Shown: positions 1 to 9,195, counted from the first letter of the stretch. The stretch: DNA of 64,000 nucleotides from Nanobdellota archaeon (GCA_043810695.1 JBDRNV010000009.1:3675-67674); one strand, 5' to 3'. The notes: generated by a model not told the origin, from the letters alone. A program made the numbers and translations.

Positions 1-1
1 C

Positions 2-1393
2 TATCCAAATCGAAATTTAAAATTTGTAGAAGTTGATAGATATGTCGGGCCTGGAACAGGGCCTGGTTATGGGCTTCTTTGTTGCAAAGAACATCTACAA
101 TGTCCCTTTATTTTTGCTGTATCAGATACAATAATTCTAGAAGAAATTCCAAAACCAGAAGAAAACTGGTTTGGCATTGCTCCTACAAAAGAAACAGAAA
201 AATATTGTACTCTAAAAATAAAAAATAATCTTGTCTATCAAATTGATGATAAAATAAAATGTGATAATAAATATCTTTTTATTGGTTTAGCAGGTGTTAA
301 AGATTATGAACATTTTTGGAATGCTTTAGAAAGTGATAAGGAATCAATAAAAGGAGAAATTCAGGTTTCAAATGGATTCAAAAAACTAATTGAAAAAAGA
401 CTTATTCCAATAGGATTTACATGGTTTGATACAGGAACTCCTGAAAGCTATAAAGAAGCACATCTTAATTTTTCAGGCGGAGAGAAAAAATTTGATTTCA
501 GTAAGAATAACGAGTTTCTTTATTTTGTCGATGGAAAAGTAATCAAATTCTTTGCAGATTCAGAAATAACAAGAAAAAGAGTTGAACGAGCGAAAAATCT
601 TTTTGGATTAACACCAAAAATTGATGGATACAAGAGCAATTTTTATTCATATAAAAAAATGGATGGACAAGTACTTTATTCAATTTTAAATTCACAGCTA
701 GTAAATGATTTTCTGCAATGGGCAAAAAGAGACTTGTGGAAAGAAATAAATCTTTCTGAAAACGAAAAAAAAGAATTTAAAGAGGCAACTCAAAAATTTT
801 ACCATGAAAAAACAATAAAAAGACTTGAAGAATTTTATAATAAAACCCAGATTAGTGACGATTTTAATATTATAAACGGAGTCCAGGTTCCACCACTGAA
901 AGACTTGTTAAATAAAATTAATTGGGAATATATCTGCAATTCTATTCCCGTAAATTTTCATGGGGATTTACAATTTGATAATATTTTAGTAAGCAGAGAT
1001 GAGAAAAGTCAGTTATCAAAATTTACTTTGCTTGATTGGAGACAGGACTTTGGAGGGCTTATCAATGCAGGTGATTTGTATTATGACCTTTCTAAATTAT
1101 ATGGAGGAATGATAATCTCTTACCAGTTAATAAAAACAGACCAATTTTCTTTTGATATGAGTGGTTCCAGCATACATTATAACTATGTTATAAAAAATGA
1201 TTTGCTTGAAGCAAAAGACGAATATGAATCTTTTATAAAGAAAAATGGTTTTGACTTAAACAAGATAAAGATTATTACTTCTTTGATTTTCCTCAATATG
1301 TCTCCTTTACATCACGAGCCATTTAATTTGATGCTTTATCATCTAGGAAAAAGTATGTTATACAAATCTCTTAAACAAACAGAAAATAAATAA
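2..1393 (+). CDS. bifunctional sugar-1-phosphate nucleotidyltransferase / APH-family sugar kinase (5' end outside window)
   Basis: Frame 2 is open from the window edge into the listed 659..1393 ORF (hand translated, no stops). The N-terminal part ends with FTWFDTGTPESYKEAH, typical of the NTP_transferase fold. The C-terminal part has the kinase catalytic loop HGDLQFDNILV (HxDxxxxN) and LLDWRQDFGG. Confidence 0.75.
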   Translation, partial: YPNRNLKFVEVDRYVGPGTGPGYGLLCCKEHLQCPFIFAVSDTIILEEIPKPEENWFGIAPTKETEKYCTLKIKNNLVYQIDDKIKCDNKYLFIGLAGVKDYEHFWNALESDKESIKGEIQVSNGFKKLIEKRLIPIGFTWFDTGTPESYKEAHLNFSGGEKKFDFSKNNEFLYFVDGKVIKFFADSEITRKRVERAKNLFGLTPKIDGYKSNFYSYKKMDGQVLYSILNSQLVNDFLQWAKRDLWKEINLSENEKKEFKEATQKFYHEKTIKRLEEFYNKTQISDDFNIINGVQVPPLKDLLNKINWEYICNSIPVNFHGDLQFDNILVSRDEKSQLSKFTLLDWRQDFGGLINAGDLYYDLSKLYGGMIISYQLIKTDQFSFDMSGSSIHYNYVIKNDLLEAKDEYESFIKKNGFDLNKIKIITSLIFLNMSPLHHEPFNLMLYHLGKSMLYKSLKQTENK

Positions 1394-1394
1394 A

Positions 1395-2387
1395 ATGTTA
1401 AAATCTAAACTGGGAATTGGTCCACTTAGTACTGAAATAATTGAAGCAATTTTTAGAGTGTCTCATTATAAAAGAAAAGAACTAATGATAATAGCTTCAA
1501 AAAATCAAATAGATTACAATAGTGGTTATGTTAATAACTGGACTACCCAAGATTTTATGGCTTTTATTAATAAAATGAAACAAACTTATCCAAATAGCAA
1601 TGTAAAAATATGCAGAGATCACTGTGGTCCTGGTTTTAATGGAAGATATGGTTTAGAAGACACCTATGCAACCATAAAAGAAGATATAGATTCTGGTTTT
1701 GATCTAATTCATATAGATTTCTGCAATTTTAAAGGAAGCAAGGAAGAACAATTTCAAGAATCTAAAAAAGCAATTGAATATTGTTATAAATTAAATCCCA
1801 GAATTTTAATAGAAGTTGGCACAGATGAAAATTTAGGGACTAATTTTGGATTTATGAATCTTGGAGAAGTAGAAAGAGAATTAAACTTCTTTACACAATT
1901 CTGTAAACCAGAATTTTATGTTGTTCAGACAGGAAGTCTTATCAGAGAAATAAACCAGGTTGGAAATTTCAATAAAGAATTTGTTAAAAAGATTTCACAA
2001 ATTTTAAAATCAAATGGAATTAAACTTAAAGAACACAATGCAGATCATCTATCTAAAGAAGATATTCAATTAAGAGAAGGAATTGTAGATGCAATGAACA
2101 TAGCACCCCAGTTAGGAGTTGTGCAGACTATGATAACCTTTAATAAGTGTTTAATTTATGGGACTGATTTTACTAATTTTTTAAACGAGGTATATGAAAA
2201 AGGAAAATGGAAAAAATGGATGCATAATAATGATTCAGAAAATAAACTTTTATGCTGTATTGTAGCAGGACATTATCATTTTGCCTCTGAAAACTATAAA
2301 AAATTAATAGATAAATTGAATGAGAAAGAGGATATAAAAGAAACTATTATAAATGGAATAGTAGAGGTAATAGATCATTATGCCTAA
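1395..2387 (+). CDS. GatZ/KbaZ-family protein (tagatose-bisphosphate aldolase accessory / hexose-6-phosphate 4-epimerase family)
   Basis: Landmarks line up with E. coli GatZ as recalled from memory: IIASKNQIDYNSGY vs EATSNQVNQFGGY, RDHCGP vs GDHLGP, LIHIDF vs KIHLDAS, VVQTG vs VVQPG, LKEHNADH vs YEAHSTDY, NIAPQLG vs KVGPALT. Confidence 0.7.
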   Translation: MLKSKLGIGPLSTEIIEAIFRVSHYKRKELMIIASKNQIDYNSGYVNNWTTQDFMAFINKMKQTYPNSNVKICRDHCGPGFNGRYGLEDTYATIKEDIDSGFDLIHIDFCNFKGSKEEQFQESKKAIEYCYKLNPRILIEVGTDENLGTNFGFMNLGEVERELNFFTQFCKPEFYVVQTGSLIREINQVGNFNKEFVKKISQILKSNGIKLKEHNADHLSKEDIQLREGIVDAMNIAPQLGVVQTMITFNKCLIYGTDFTNFLNEVYEKGKWKKWMHNNDSENKLLCCIVAGHYHFASENYKKLIDKLNEKEDIKETIINGIVEVIDHYA

Positions 2388-3117
2388 AAATTTAGAAAAT
2401 TTATTTCTGAAAGATAAGAATATCTTAATAACAGGTTCATCAAGAGGAATTGGTGCTGCGACAGCCAGACTTGCTAAAAATTATGGAGCAAATGTTATAT
2501 TACACGGGAAAACAGAATCTTCAAATTTAAAAAAACTAGCTTCGGAACTGAATTCTTCATATATTTTTTGCGATATAACTAATGAAGAAAAAGTAAGGGA
2601 GAGTGTAAATAAATTAGGAAAAATAGAAATTTTAGTTAATTCTGCAGGAATAAATATATCAAAACCATTTCTTAAATTAACAAAGAAAGATTGGTTAGAT
2701 ATTTTTAAAACAAATGTTCTTGGAACAGTTAATTTTTCAAAAGCAGTTATTCCACAAATGCTAGAACGTAAATATGGAAAAATAATAAATTTAGCTTCTG
2801 TAAAGGGTTATTCTTCTGTTTCAGGAAGGCCAGCTTATGCATCTTCAAAAGCAGCAATTATAAATTTAACAGCAAATTTAGCTAGCGAATTTGCTCCATA
2901 TATTTTAGTTAATGCTGTTGCTCCAGGATTTACAGATACAGAAATGACAGAAAGTACAATATCTGTAAGAGTAAAAAAACAAATTGATTCAATACCTCTT
3001 AAGAGAGTGGTTAAGCCAGAAGAAATAGCAGAGGTTATTTTATTTTTAGCAAGCGATAAGTGTAATTATATGACAGGACAAACCATGCTCGTTGATGGAG
3101 GTTATAGCATAAAATAA
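2380..3117 (+). CDS. short-chain dehydrogenase/reductase (FabG-like)
   Basis: TGSSRGIGAATA cofactor loop, NSAG, and catalytic YASSKAA (YxxxK). Overlaps the upstream stop by 8 nt. Confidence 0.9.
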   Translation: MPKNLENLFLKDKNILITGSSRGIGAATARLAKNYGANVILHGKTESSNLKKLASELNSSYIFCDITNEEKVRESVNKLGKIEILVNSAGINISKPFLKLTKKDWLDIFKTNVLGTVNFSKAVIPQMLERKYGKIINLASVKGYSSVSGRPAYASSKAAIINLTANLASEFAPYILVNAVAPGFTDTEMTESTISVRVKKQIDSIPLKRVVKPEEIAEVILFLASDKCNYMTGQTMLVDGGYSIK

Positions 3118-3122
3118 TAAAA

Positions 3123-3593
3123 ATGGCAGAAGAAAAAAAAGATTGGGTATATTATTTGAATGGTGCAAAATTAGTTATCAAACCATGGGGATATGCAACT
3201 ATTGATGGAATTGAAAATGTAGGAGAAATCTGGCTTAATTATCGACAAGGTGAAGAAGTTGGAGATGAACCAAAAAGATATGTAATGAAAAAATTATTTG
3301 TAAGAGCAGGAACAAGATTAAGTTTTCAATATCACCACGAAAAATTAGAAACAAATTATCTGATTAGTGGTGAAATTAAAGTTTTTTTAGAAAATGAAAA
3401 AAGGGAGTTTGAAGAAAGAATTATAGGACCAGATGGAATATGGACAATTCCATGCGGTAGAAAACATAGGGCAACAGCTTTAACAGACATAGTCATGATA
3501 GAATGTTCAACACCTGAAGTTGATGATGTAGTAAGAATTGAAGATGATGCTGGAAGAGGAGATGGGAGGATACAATCAGAGCACGTTAAATAG
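3123..3593 (+). CDS. small cupin, phosphomannose-isomerase type II-like
   Basis: KPWGY near the N-terminus. Cupin motif SFQYHHEKLETNYLISGE and second motif around GRKHRATAL. Confidence 0.7.
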   Translation: MAEEKKDWVYYLNGAKLVIKPWGYATIDGIENVGEIWLNYRQGEEVGDEPKRYVMKKLFVRAGTRLSFQYHHEKLETNYLISGEIKVFLENEKREFEERIIGPDGIWTIPCGRKHRATALTDIVMIECSTPEVDDVVRIEDDAGRGDGRIQSEHVK

Positions 3594-3629
3594 AATAATT
3601 TTTTAAATTTGTGTTTATCAAAATCTAAA

Positions 3630-5051
3630 ATGAAAGTTTTATTTATATATCATAATAGAGTTGAAAGTGGCTATATGCCTCAGTCTATAGCTGTCTTAGG
3701 AGGAATACTACACGATGGAGGAATTGAAACAAAGTTATTTGATACTAGTTTTTATCGGGATATTAATTCTCCATTTACTCAAGATGATAGAAGTATTCGA
3801 GCAAAACAGAAAAAAGGAGGATATCTAATTGGACAGTTAGGTCCTGGAAGAGAAGTTGTGGATTTAAAAGCCAAATTTCGTGAAGAAGTTGAAAATTATC
3901 ACCCAGATTTAGTTGCAGCTACTTCTACCTCTTTTGAATTTAATTCTTTATTAGATTTTGTAACACCAACAACAAGTGAAATGAAAATACCTTTTTTAGT
4001 TGGAGGAGTTCATACCACTGTTGTTCCGGAAAAAGCAATAACAAAAAAAGGACTTGATATACTCTGCATAGATGAAGGAGAAAAACCTTTATTAGAATTA
4101 GCAAGAAGAATAGAAAAAAAGCAGAATTATTATGATATTCCCAATCTTTGGTTTAAAACTCCTGAAGGAAAAATAATAAAAAATAAAATTGGGGCTTTTT
4201 TTGAAAAAATGGATGAGCTTCCTGAATCTGATTGGGATTTAATTGATGAATATCACAGAATTCGTCCATTTGAAAAAGAAATAATGAAATATGGTTGGTT
4301 TGAAACAAGTCGAGGATGTCCTTTTAATTGCAGTTATTGTGTTAACGCAAAATTACATAAAATAAAAAGAGAAGGAGGTATTATGCATCCAGGAACTTAT
4401 CGCTTTTTTAGTCCAGAAGAGATAGTAAAAAGAATGAAAAATAAAAAAGATCAATATGGATATAATCACATACAGTTAATAGACGAAAATATGCCTAACA
4501 TGCCTGTATCAAATCTTGAACATCTTGCAAAATTATTCAAGAATCAAATTGGAGTTGGATTTTTTACACAGGCAAGACCTGAATGTTTTGTTAAAACTCC
4601 TGAAAAAGCAGAAATAATGGCTGAAATGGGATGTAAAATGGTCGGACTTGGAGTTGAAAGTGGAAATTATGAATTAAGAAAAAATATTCTTCATCGTCCT
4701 ATGAAAGACGGAATTGTCGAAAAAGCAGTTGAAAATCTGAAAAAAGCAGGAATAATGGTTGCAACCTATTATATTATAGGATTTCCAACAGAGACAGAAG
4801 AAATGATTAGACAGACAATTGATTTGCATAGAAGAATAAATCCAGATAGATTTTCTGTAAGATTTTTACATCCTTTTCCAGGAACACCAATAAGAGAATT
4901 CTGCGTTAAAAATAAATATATAGCAGAAGATTATGAAGATTTAATACAAGATGCTTCATTTTTTTCAAATCCTGTATTAAATTTACCCTCTCCTCTGCAT
5001 CCAACAAAGGAAAGATTAATAGAATTAAGAAAGGAATTTGAAAACTATTAA
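3630..5051 (+). CDS. B12-binding-domain radical SAM enzyme (class B-like)
   Basis: SRGCPFNCSYC is a CX3CX2C cluster motif. The N-terminal Rossmann-like domain has MKVLFIYHN and LVGGVHTT. I prefer the ATG at 3630 over the TTG at 3609 used in the ORF track. Confidence 0.85.
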   Translation: MKVLFIYHNRVESGYMPQSIAVLGGILHDGGIETKLFDTSFYRDINSPFTQDDRSIRAKQKKGGYLIGQLGPGREVVDLKAKFREEVENYHPDLVAATSTSFEFNSLLDFVTPTTSEMKIPFLVGGVHTTVVPEKAITKKGLDILCIDEGEKPLLELARRIEKKQNYYDIPNLWFKTPEGKIIKNKIGAFFEKMDELPESDWDLIDEYHRIRPFEKEIMKYGWFETSRGCPFNCSYCVNAKLHKIKREGGIMHPGTYRFFSPEEIVKRMKNKKDQYGYNHIQLIDENMPNMPVSNLEHLAKLFKNQIGVGFFTQARPECFVKTPEKAEIMAEMGCKMVGLGVESGNYELRKNILHRPMKDGIVEKAVENLKKAGIMVATYYIIGFPTETEEMIRQTIDLHRRINPDRFSVRFLHPFPGTPIREFCVKNKYIAEDYEDLIQDASFFSNPVLNLPSPLHPTKERLIELRKEFENY

Positions 5052-5093
5052 GTTTCATAAACCTTTAAAAATAAACTTTTTATATTATTATAA

Positions 5094-5516
5094 ATGAAGA
5101 AATTTAAACTAACCCAGAAAGAATTCGATGAAATTTACTCTAAAGTTCCGAGATTATGTGTTGAGTTGATAATAAAAAACAAAAAAGGTATTCTTTTAAC
5201 AAAAAGAAATATAACTCCTGATAGAGGAAAATGGCATCTTCCTGGAGGAACTGTCTTTTTCGAAGAATCCTTAAAAAATACTGTAAAGAGAGTTGCAAAA
5301 CAGGAACTTGGATTAAAAGTTCAACCAATAAAAATTCTTGGTTACATAGAGTTTTTAAGAAAAGGATATCATCCTGTTTCTATTGTTTTTTTAATAAAAG
5401 CAAATTCAGGCAGAATAAAATTAGATTATCAAGCAAGTGATTTTATTTTCACAAAAAAAATTCCAAAAAATACAGTCAAAGAACATAAAAAATTTCTCAA
5501 AGAATATCTAAATTAG
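5094..5516 (+). CDS. Nudix hydrolase, GDP-mannose mannosyl hydrolase (Gmm/WcaH)-like
   Basis: GKWHLPGGTVFFEESLKNTVKRVAKQELGL is a Nudix box with a degenerate REUXEE part (RVAKQE). Lies in a sugar-gene context. Confidence 0.75.
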   Translation: MKKFKLTQKEFDEIYSKVPRLCVELIIKNKKGILLTKRNITPDRGKWHLPGGTVFFEESLKNTVKRVAKQELGLKVQPIKILGYIEFLRKGYHPVSIVFLIKANSGRIKLDYQASDFIFTKKIPKNTVKEHKKFLKEYLN

Positions 5517-5536
5517 AACTCCTTAAGTGAAAGAAA

Positions 5537-7324
5537 TTAATAATCTTTTATAGAATATCCACTTTTTCTTCCAAACCAGACCACTCTTTTGGCATATTCT
5601 TTTATATCCCCCTTAAATTCATCAGGAGTCCTCAATCTTGACATTTGTCCAGTAATGACTTCTTGGGGGATAGAAATTCCAAATTTTCTTTTTACCATCT
5701 CACTAACTTCATTGTAAAATCTTTCTTTGTCTCCGGTCATTATATTCAAAAAAGAAAGTTCTTCAAAAGGCCAAGATATATCTCCATACTTACTATTTAT
5801 TTTTCCCCATTGTCCTCTATTCGAGTCACTTATAATTTTATCTAAGCTTCTTTTTGTTTCAGCTACTTCTATACCAACAATTGTTTCAGGATTTTCTGAA
5901 ATCAAACCTTCGTAGAAACTTCTGTATGAAACCCCCTGGCTATTTAAGTGAATAGCAATATCTTGGGTTAACCCAAGAGAGTGGAATCCCTGAATTGCCC
6001 ATCCAAAAAGATACGCCTTTTTAAAATCTTCAACAGGCATAGCATCTGTTGCTATTGCATATAACGTTTTTTCTTGTATAAGGTCTGTTCCAGAAGTTGA
6101 ATGGTTTTGTAATATAGGAGAATCTATGAGTTGTATTCCATATCTTTTTATATATGAGAGGTGACTCATCTCTGAATTTGGCAAAATCATACACTGATAA
6201 ATATTTATTCCCATATGTTGTCCACCTTCGAGTAATTTTTCAAGACCACCAACAAAGGTCTCATATGTTTCTTCTGGAAGAGGCAAAATAATTTCTGTGT
6301 AAGTAGGAATGCCTGCATTTTTATATCTTTTATAATTTTCATGAGGATGTTTTATATTTGTCCTATGTACAGCCTTTAAAGTTTTTTCATGTAAGCTTTG
6401 AAGAGCCATGGTAATTCCCATATCCATTTTTGCTCTATTCAACTTTTGTGCAGTACTGAAAATTCTTTCATGAACATTTTTTGCCCAATTTGCCCTTAAT
6501 TGTTTTGGATACCCTGTTTTTTGATTAAGCCAAATTAAATAGTCTATTAAAACTTCATCTCTAGGAAAAAGCATGAAGTTTGCATCTGCATTATAAACAA
6601 ATTCAATCTTATGATTTGCTATCCAATCATATTCTGCCTTTACTCTCTTATCAGAAAATTGCTCAATATGGTGATATATTGTAGATCCCCAGTCACAAAA
6701 ATCACATGAATACGGACACCCTCGATGTGTTTCTGATGTTACATTGAAACCAAGTTCTTGATGAGCGCTCATTAATTCGTCAAAAATCCCATATAAATAT
6801 GGAGAAGGAATTCTTTTCAACTTTTGCTTATCAGCTCTTTCCTGTGCCTTAGTTTTTACAGAAACACCATTCCTATTAAAGGTAATTCCTCTAACTTGAG
6901 AATAATCTGGATTTTCCTTTCTTCTTTCTCTTAAGATATCTGTAAAGGTAATTTCTCCTTCTCCGTGAACAAGAATATCTATATAAGGATGACCTTGAAA
7001 AAACCCATCAGACCAATTAGGAACTTGCGGACCTCCCATAACGATCAAAGAACCTGGATTTTGTCTTCTGATTTCTTGTGCTAATGCTTTGTTCCATTCC
7101 CAATTCCATACATAACTTGATATCCCGACAACATTTGGATTATCCATAGCTGCAACAATCTTAGAGGGGTCCCCCCTCAAAAATATAGGACTTACGAATT
7201 TATAATCTTCTTTCAAGTCTGGCTGTACCATGGCATTTGCTTGAACAATTCCTGCTGAATAAGGAAGCCAAGCATTTCCTCCATAGATGTGATTAACCTG
7301 TGCTAATTGTACCTTTCGCACCAT
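5537..7324 (-). CDS. B12-binding-domain radical SAM enzyme (class B-like), 595 aa
   Basis: HRGCPYSCDFCDWG (CX3CX2C). The N-terminal domain has WLPYSAGIVQA, IVMGGPQVP and HGEGE, typical of the cobalamin-binding module of BchE/P-methylase-type radical SAM proteins. Confidence 0.85.
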   Translation of the reverse strand: MVRKVQLAQVNHIYGGNAWLPYSAGIVQANAMVQPDLKEDYKFVSPIFLRGDPSKIVAAMDNPNVVGISSYVWNWEWNKALAQEIRRQNPGSLIVMGGPQVPNWSDGFFQGHPYIDILVHGEGEITFTDILRERRKENPDYSQVRGITFNRNGVSVKTKAQERADKQKLKRIPSPYLYGIFDELMSAHQELGFNVTSETHRGCPYSCDFCDWGSTIYHHIEQFSDKRVKAEYDWIANHKIEFVYNADANFMLFPRDEVLIDYLIWLNQKTGYPKQLRANWAKNVHERIFSTAQKLNRAKMDMGITMALQSLHEKTLKAVHRTNIKHPHENYKRYKNAGIPTYTEIILPLPEETYETFVGGLEKLLEGGQHMGINIYQCMILPNSEMSHLSYIKRYGIQLIDSPILQNHSTSGTDLIQEKTLYAIATDAMPVEDFKKAYLFGWAIQGFHSLGLTQDIAIHLNSQGVSYRSFYEGLISENPETIVGIEVAETKRSLDKIISDSNRGQWGKINSKYGDISWPFEELSFLNIMTGDKERFYNEVSEMVKRKFGISIPQEVITGQMSRLRTPDEFKGDIKEYAKRVVWFGRKSGYSIKDY

Positions 7325-7418
7325 GTTTATTTTATAAATACTGGAGATTTCCTCTAGAAAAGCTTAAAAAAAACTCCTTTATAATACTTATGATAAATAA
7401 TTTTACTTCTTACAAACA

Positions 7419-7426
7419 TTTATATT
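7419..7426 (+). promoter_or_regulatory. TATA-like box (tttatatt) about 27 nt upstream of the 7449 ATG
   Basis: The spacing matches an archaeal TATA-to-TSS distance, implying a leaderless mRNA. Confidence 0.35.
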
Positions 7427-7448
7427 CTGAACTTTTTATCTTTTTCAT

Positions 7449-8204
7449 ATGAAAGCTGTAATACTCTGCGCAGGAAAAGGCGAAAGACTAATACCTCTGA
7501 CAAATAAAATTCCAAAATCAATGATACTTATTAATAACAAGCCTATTTTGGAATATTTAATCTTACTATGCAAAAAACATGGCATAAATGAAATTTTTGT
7601 CAGCACTTCCTATATGTCAGAAGTCATTAAAAATTATTTTGGAGACGGATCAAAATGGGATGTTAAAATTAAATACTCTGTTGAAAAAGAAGATGAATTG
7701 CCCGGAACCGCAGGAGCCATAAAAAAGTTTAGGCAATTTTTAGATGAAACCTTTTTTGTTATCTATGGAGACAATATTACAAATCTTAATTTGACTAAAA
7801 TGCTGGACTTTCACCATTCAAAAAAAGGATTAGGAACTATTTTTGTTTATAGAGAGCCTCTTGTTGATGAAAAAAGCACTCCCGCAATAGTTGCAGTTGA
7901 TTCAAGCAGCCAAATTTTTGATTTGATAGAAAGACCCGTAGCATCTGACAAAGAAAGATTGGAAAAAATAACTCCTGATCAGAAATATATGAATTCTGGA
8001 ATTTATGTTCTTGAACCAAGAATTTTTAATTTTATTCCAAAAAAACCCTCAGACTTCATGGTGGACATCTTTCCAGAATCAATGAAAAGCAAGAAACTTT
8101 TTGCTTTTAGAGATAATCCTTACATCCGTGAAGTCGGAATATTTTTAAGATTAAATAAAGCAAAAGAAGAGATTGAATCAGGACAGATTTCTCTTGATTT
8201 ATGA
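7449..8204 (+). CDS. sugar-1-phosphate nucleotidyltransferase
   Basis: MKAVILCAGKGERLIPLT (GxGxRL loop) and YGDNIT. About 250 aa, typical of RmlA/ManC-type N-terminal domains. Confidence 0.85.
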   Translation: MKAVILCAGKGERLIPLTNKIPKSMILINNKPILEYLILLCKKHGINEIFVSTSYMSEVIKNYFGDGSKWDVKIKYSVEKEDELPGTAGAIKKFRQFLDETFFVIYGDNITNLNLTKMLDFHHSKKGLGTIFVYREPLVDEKSTPAIVAVDSSSQIFDLIERPVASDKERLEKITPDQKYMNSGIYVLEPRIFNFIPKKPSDFMVDIFPESMKSKKLFAFRDNPYIREVGIFLRLNKAKEEIESGQISLDL

Positions 8205-9128
8205 TTGCAAGTAATTTTCTAATTTCAATTCTTCCCTCAAAAAAATTCCTTGTTTTAGCAATCCAATACAAAAAGCATAATCTGCCTTTTTAAATTGGTA
8301 TTCTTCATGTACATACATATGTCCTGCAGTGTGAGCAGCCCCTAATTTTTTCCCAGAACTTCCCTTAAAAGGAACAATTAAAACATCTTTATCTCCTTGT
8401 ATAATTGTATGTGGTACAGAATTTAGTCCATTTGATTTCGGATGTTTTTTTTGCAAAGATTTCAAAAAAAATTCTATTCTCCCAAAATCATGAATATCAA
8501 ATATAAGATGGGCAAAAGGAAAGTTTGGCATAAATCTAACTCCATCAAATCCTGGTAAATTATCAGTTTCAGCCACTTCAAATCCATATTTATCTCCCGC
8601 TCTGCCATAAATATTGCTCCAATTTATTAATTGCCAATGTTCATGCCTTGGAAATGTTGCTCCTGCTCCCTCTGTTTGATGAAAGAATAAATATCCTGTT
8701 TTAACACAAAGATTAGAAATTGTTTCTAAATCTCCTTTTAGAGTTCCAATATGTTTAGTAGTATACATTGGTCTCTCATTTTTTGTAATTGCCAAGCATG
8801 CGCCATGTGTTGAGGGGTATTCATTTGGGGTAACTATAAAATCTTTTAAAATTCTTTCAGGAAATAAATTTCTTCTTAAATCAACTTGAGCTTCACTAGC
8901 AACTCTACATAAAGGACATGTATCAACATTTTTTTCAGAAGGCCTTTTTTTTCTATATGGGCTATAAATAACTCCAAAAGTATAACTGGATTTTCTTGTT
9001 TTATCACAAACTATTTTAACAGGCATATCATATGCTTCTTCCGGAATTCTCATTAATTCTGCTGCTAAATCCCATCTTTGTAAAACTGCTTTATTTATAC
9101 CAGAATATTTTTTAGCCATAACAATCAC
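8199..9128 (-). CDS. GalT-like HIT-superfamily nucleotidyltransferase/phosphorylase
   Basis: CPLC Zn-type motif, VTPNEYP, and FFHQTEGAGATFPRHEHWQL containing the HxHxQ active-site motif of galactose-1-P uridylyltransferase-branch HIT enzymes. The start may be the MAKKYSG Met at 9119. Confidence 0.55.
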   Translation of the reverse strand: MIVMAKKYSGINKAVLQRWDLAAELMRIPEEAYDMPVKIVCDKTRKSSYTFGVIYSPYRKKRPSEKNVDTCPLCRVASEAQVDLRRNLFPERILKDFIVTPNEYPSTHGACLAITKNERPMYTTKHIGTLKGDLETISNLCVKTGYLFFHQTEGAGATFPRHEHWQLINWSNIYGRAGDKYGFEVAETDNLPGFDGVRFMPNFPFAHLIFDIHDFGRIEFFLKSLQKKHPKSNGLNSVPHTIIQGDKDVLIVPFKGSSGKKLGAAHTAGHMYVHEEYQFKKADYAFCIGLLKQGIFLREELKLENYLQS

Positions 9129-9195
9129 GTATTTTAATACCTTTTAAATTTTATTGTACCAAAAAAATTTTGAAAGTTCAATTTTGATTTTGGAA

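Noticed and set aside
3609-3629. TTG start for the first radical SAM gene
   Set aside because: An in-frame ATG at 3630 gives the typical MKVLFI... N-terminus of B12-domain proteins.
5140-5440. Two short ORFs (62 and 69 aa) within the Nudix gene
   Set aside because: An off-frame ORF and an antisense ORF overlapping a gene with a clear Nudix box.
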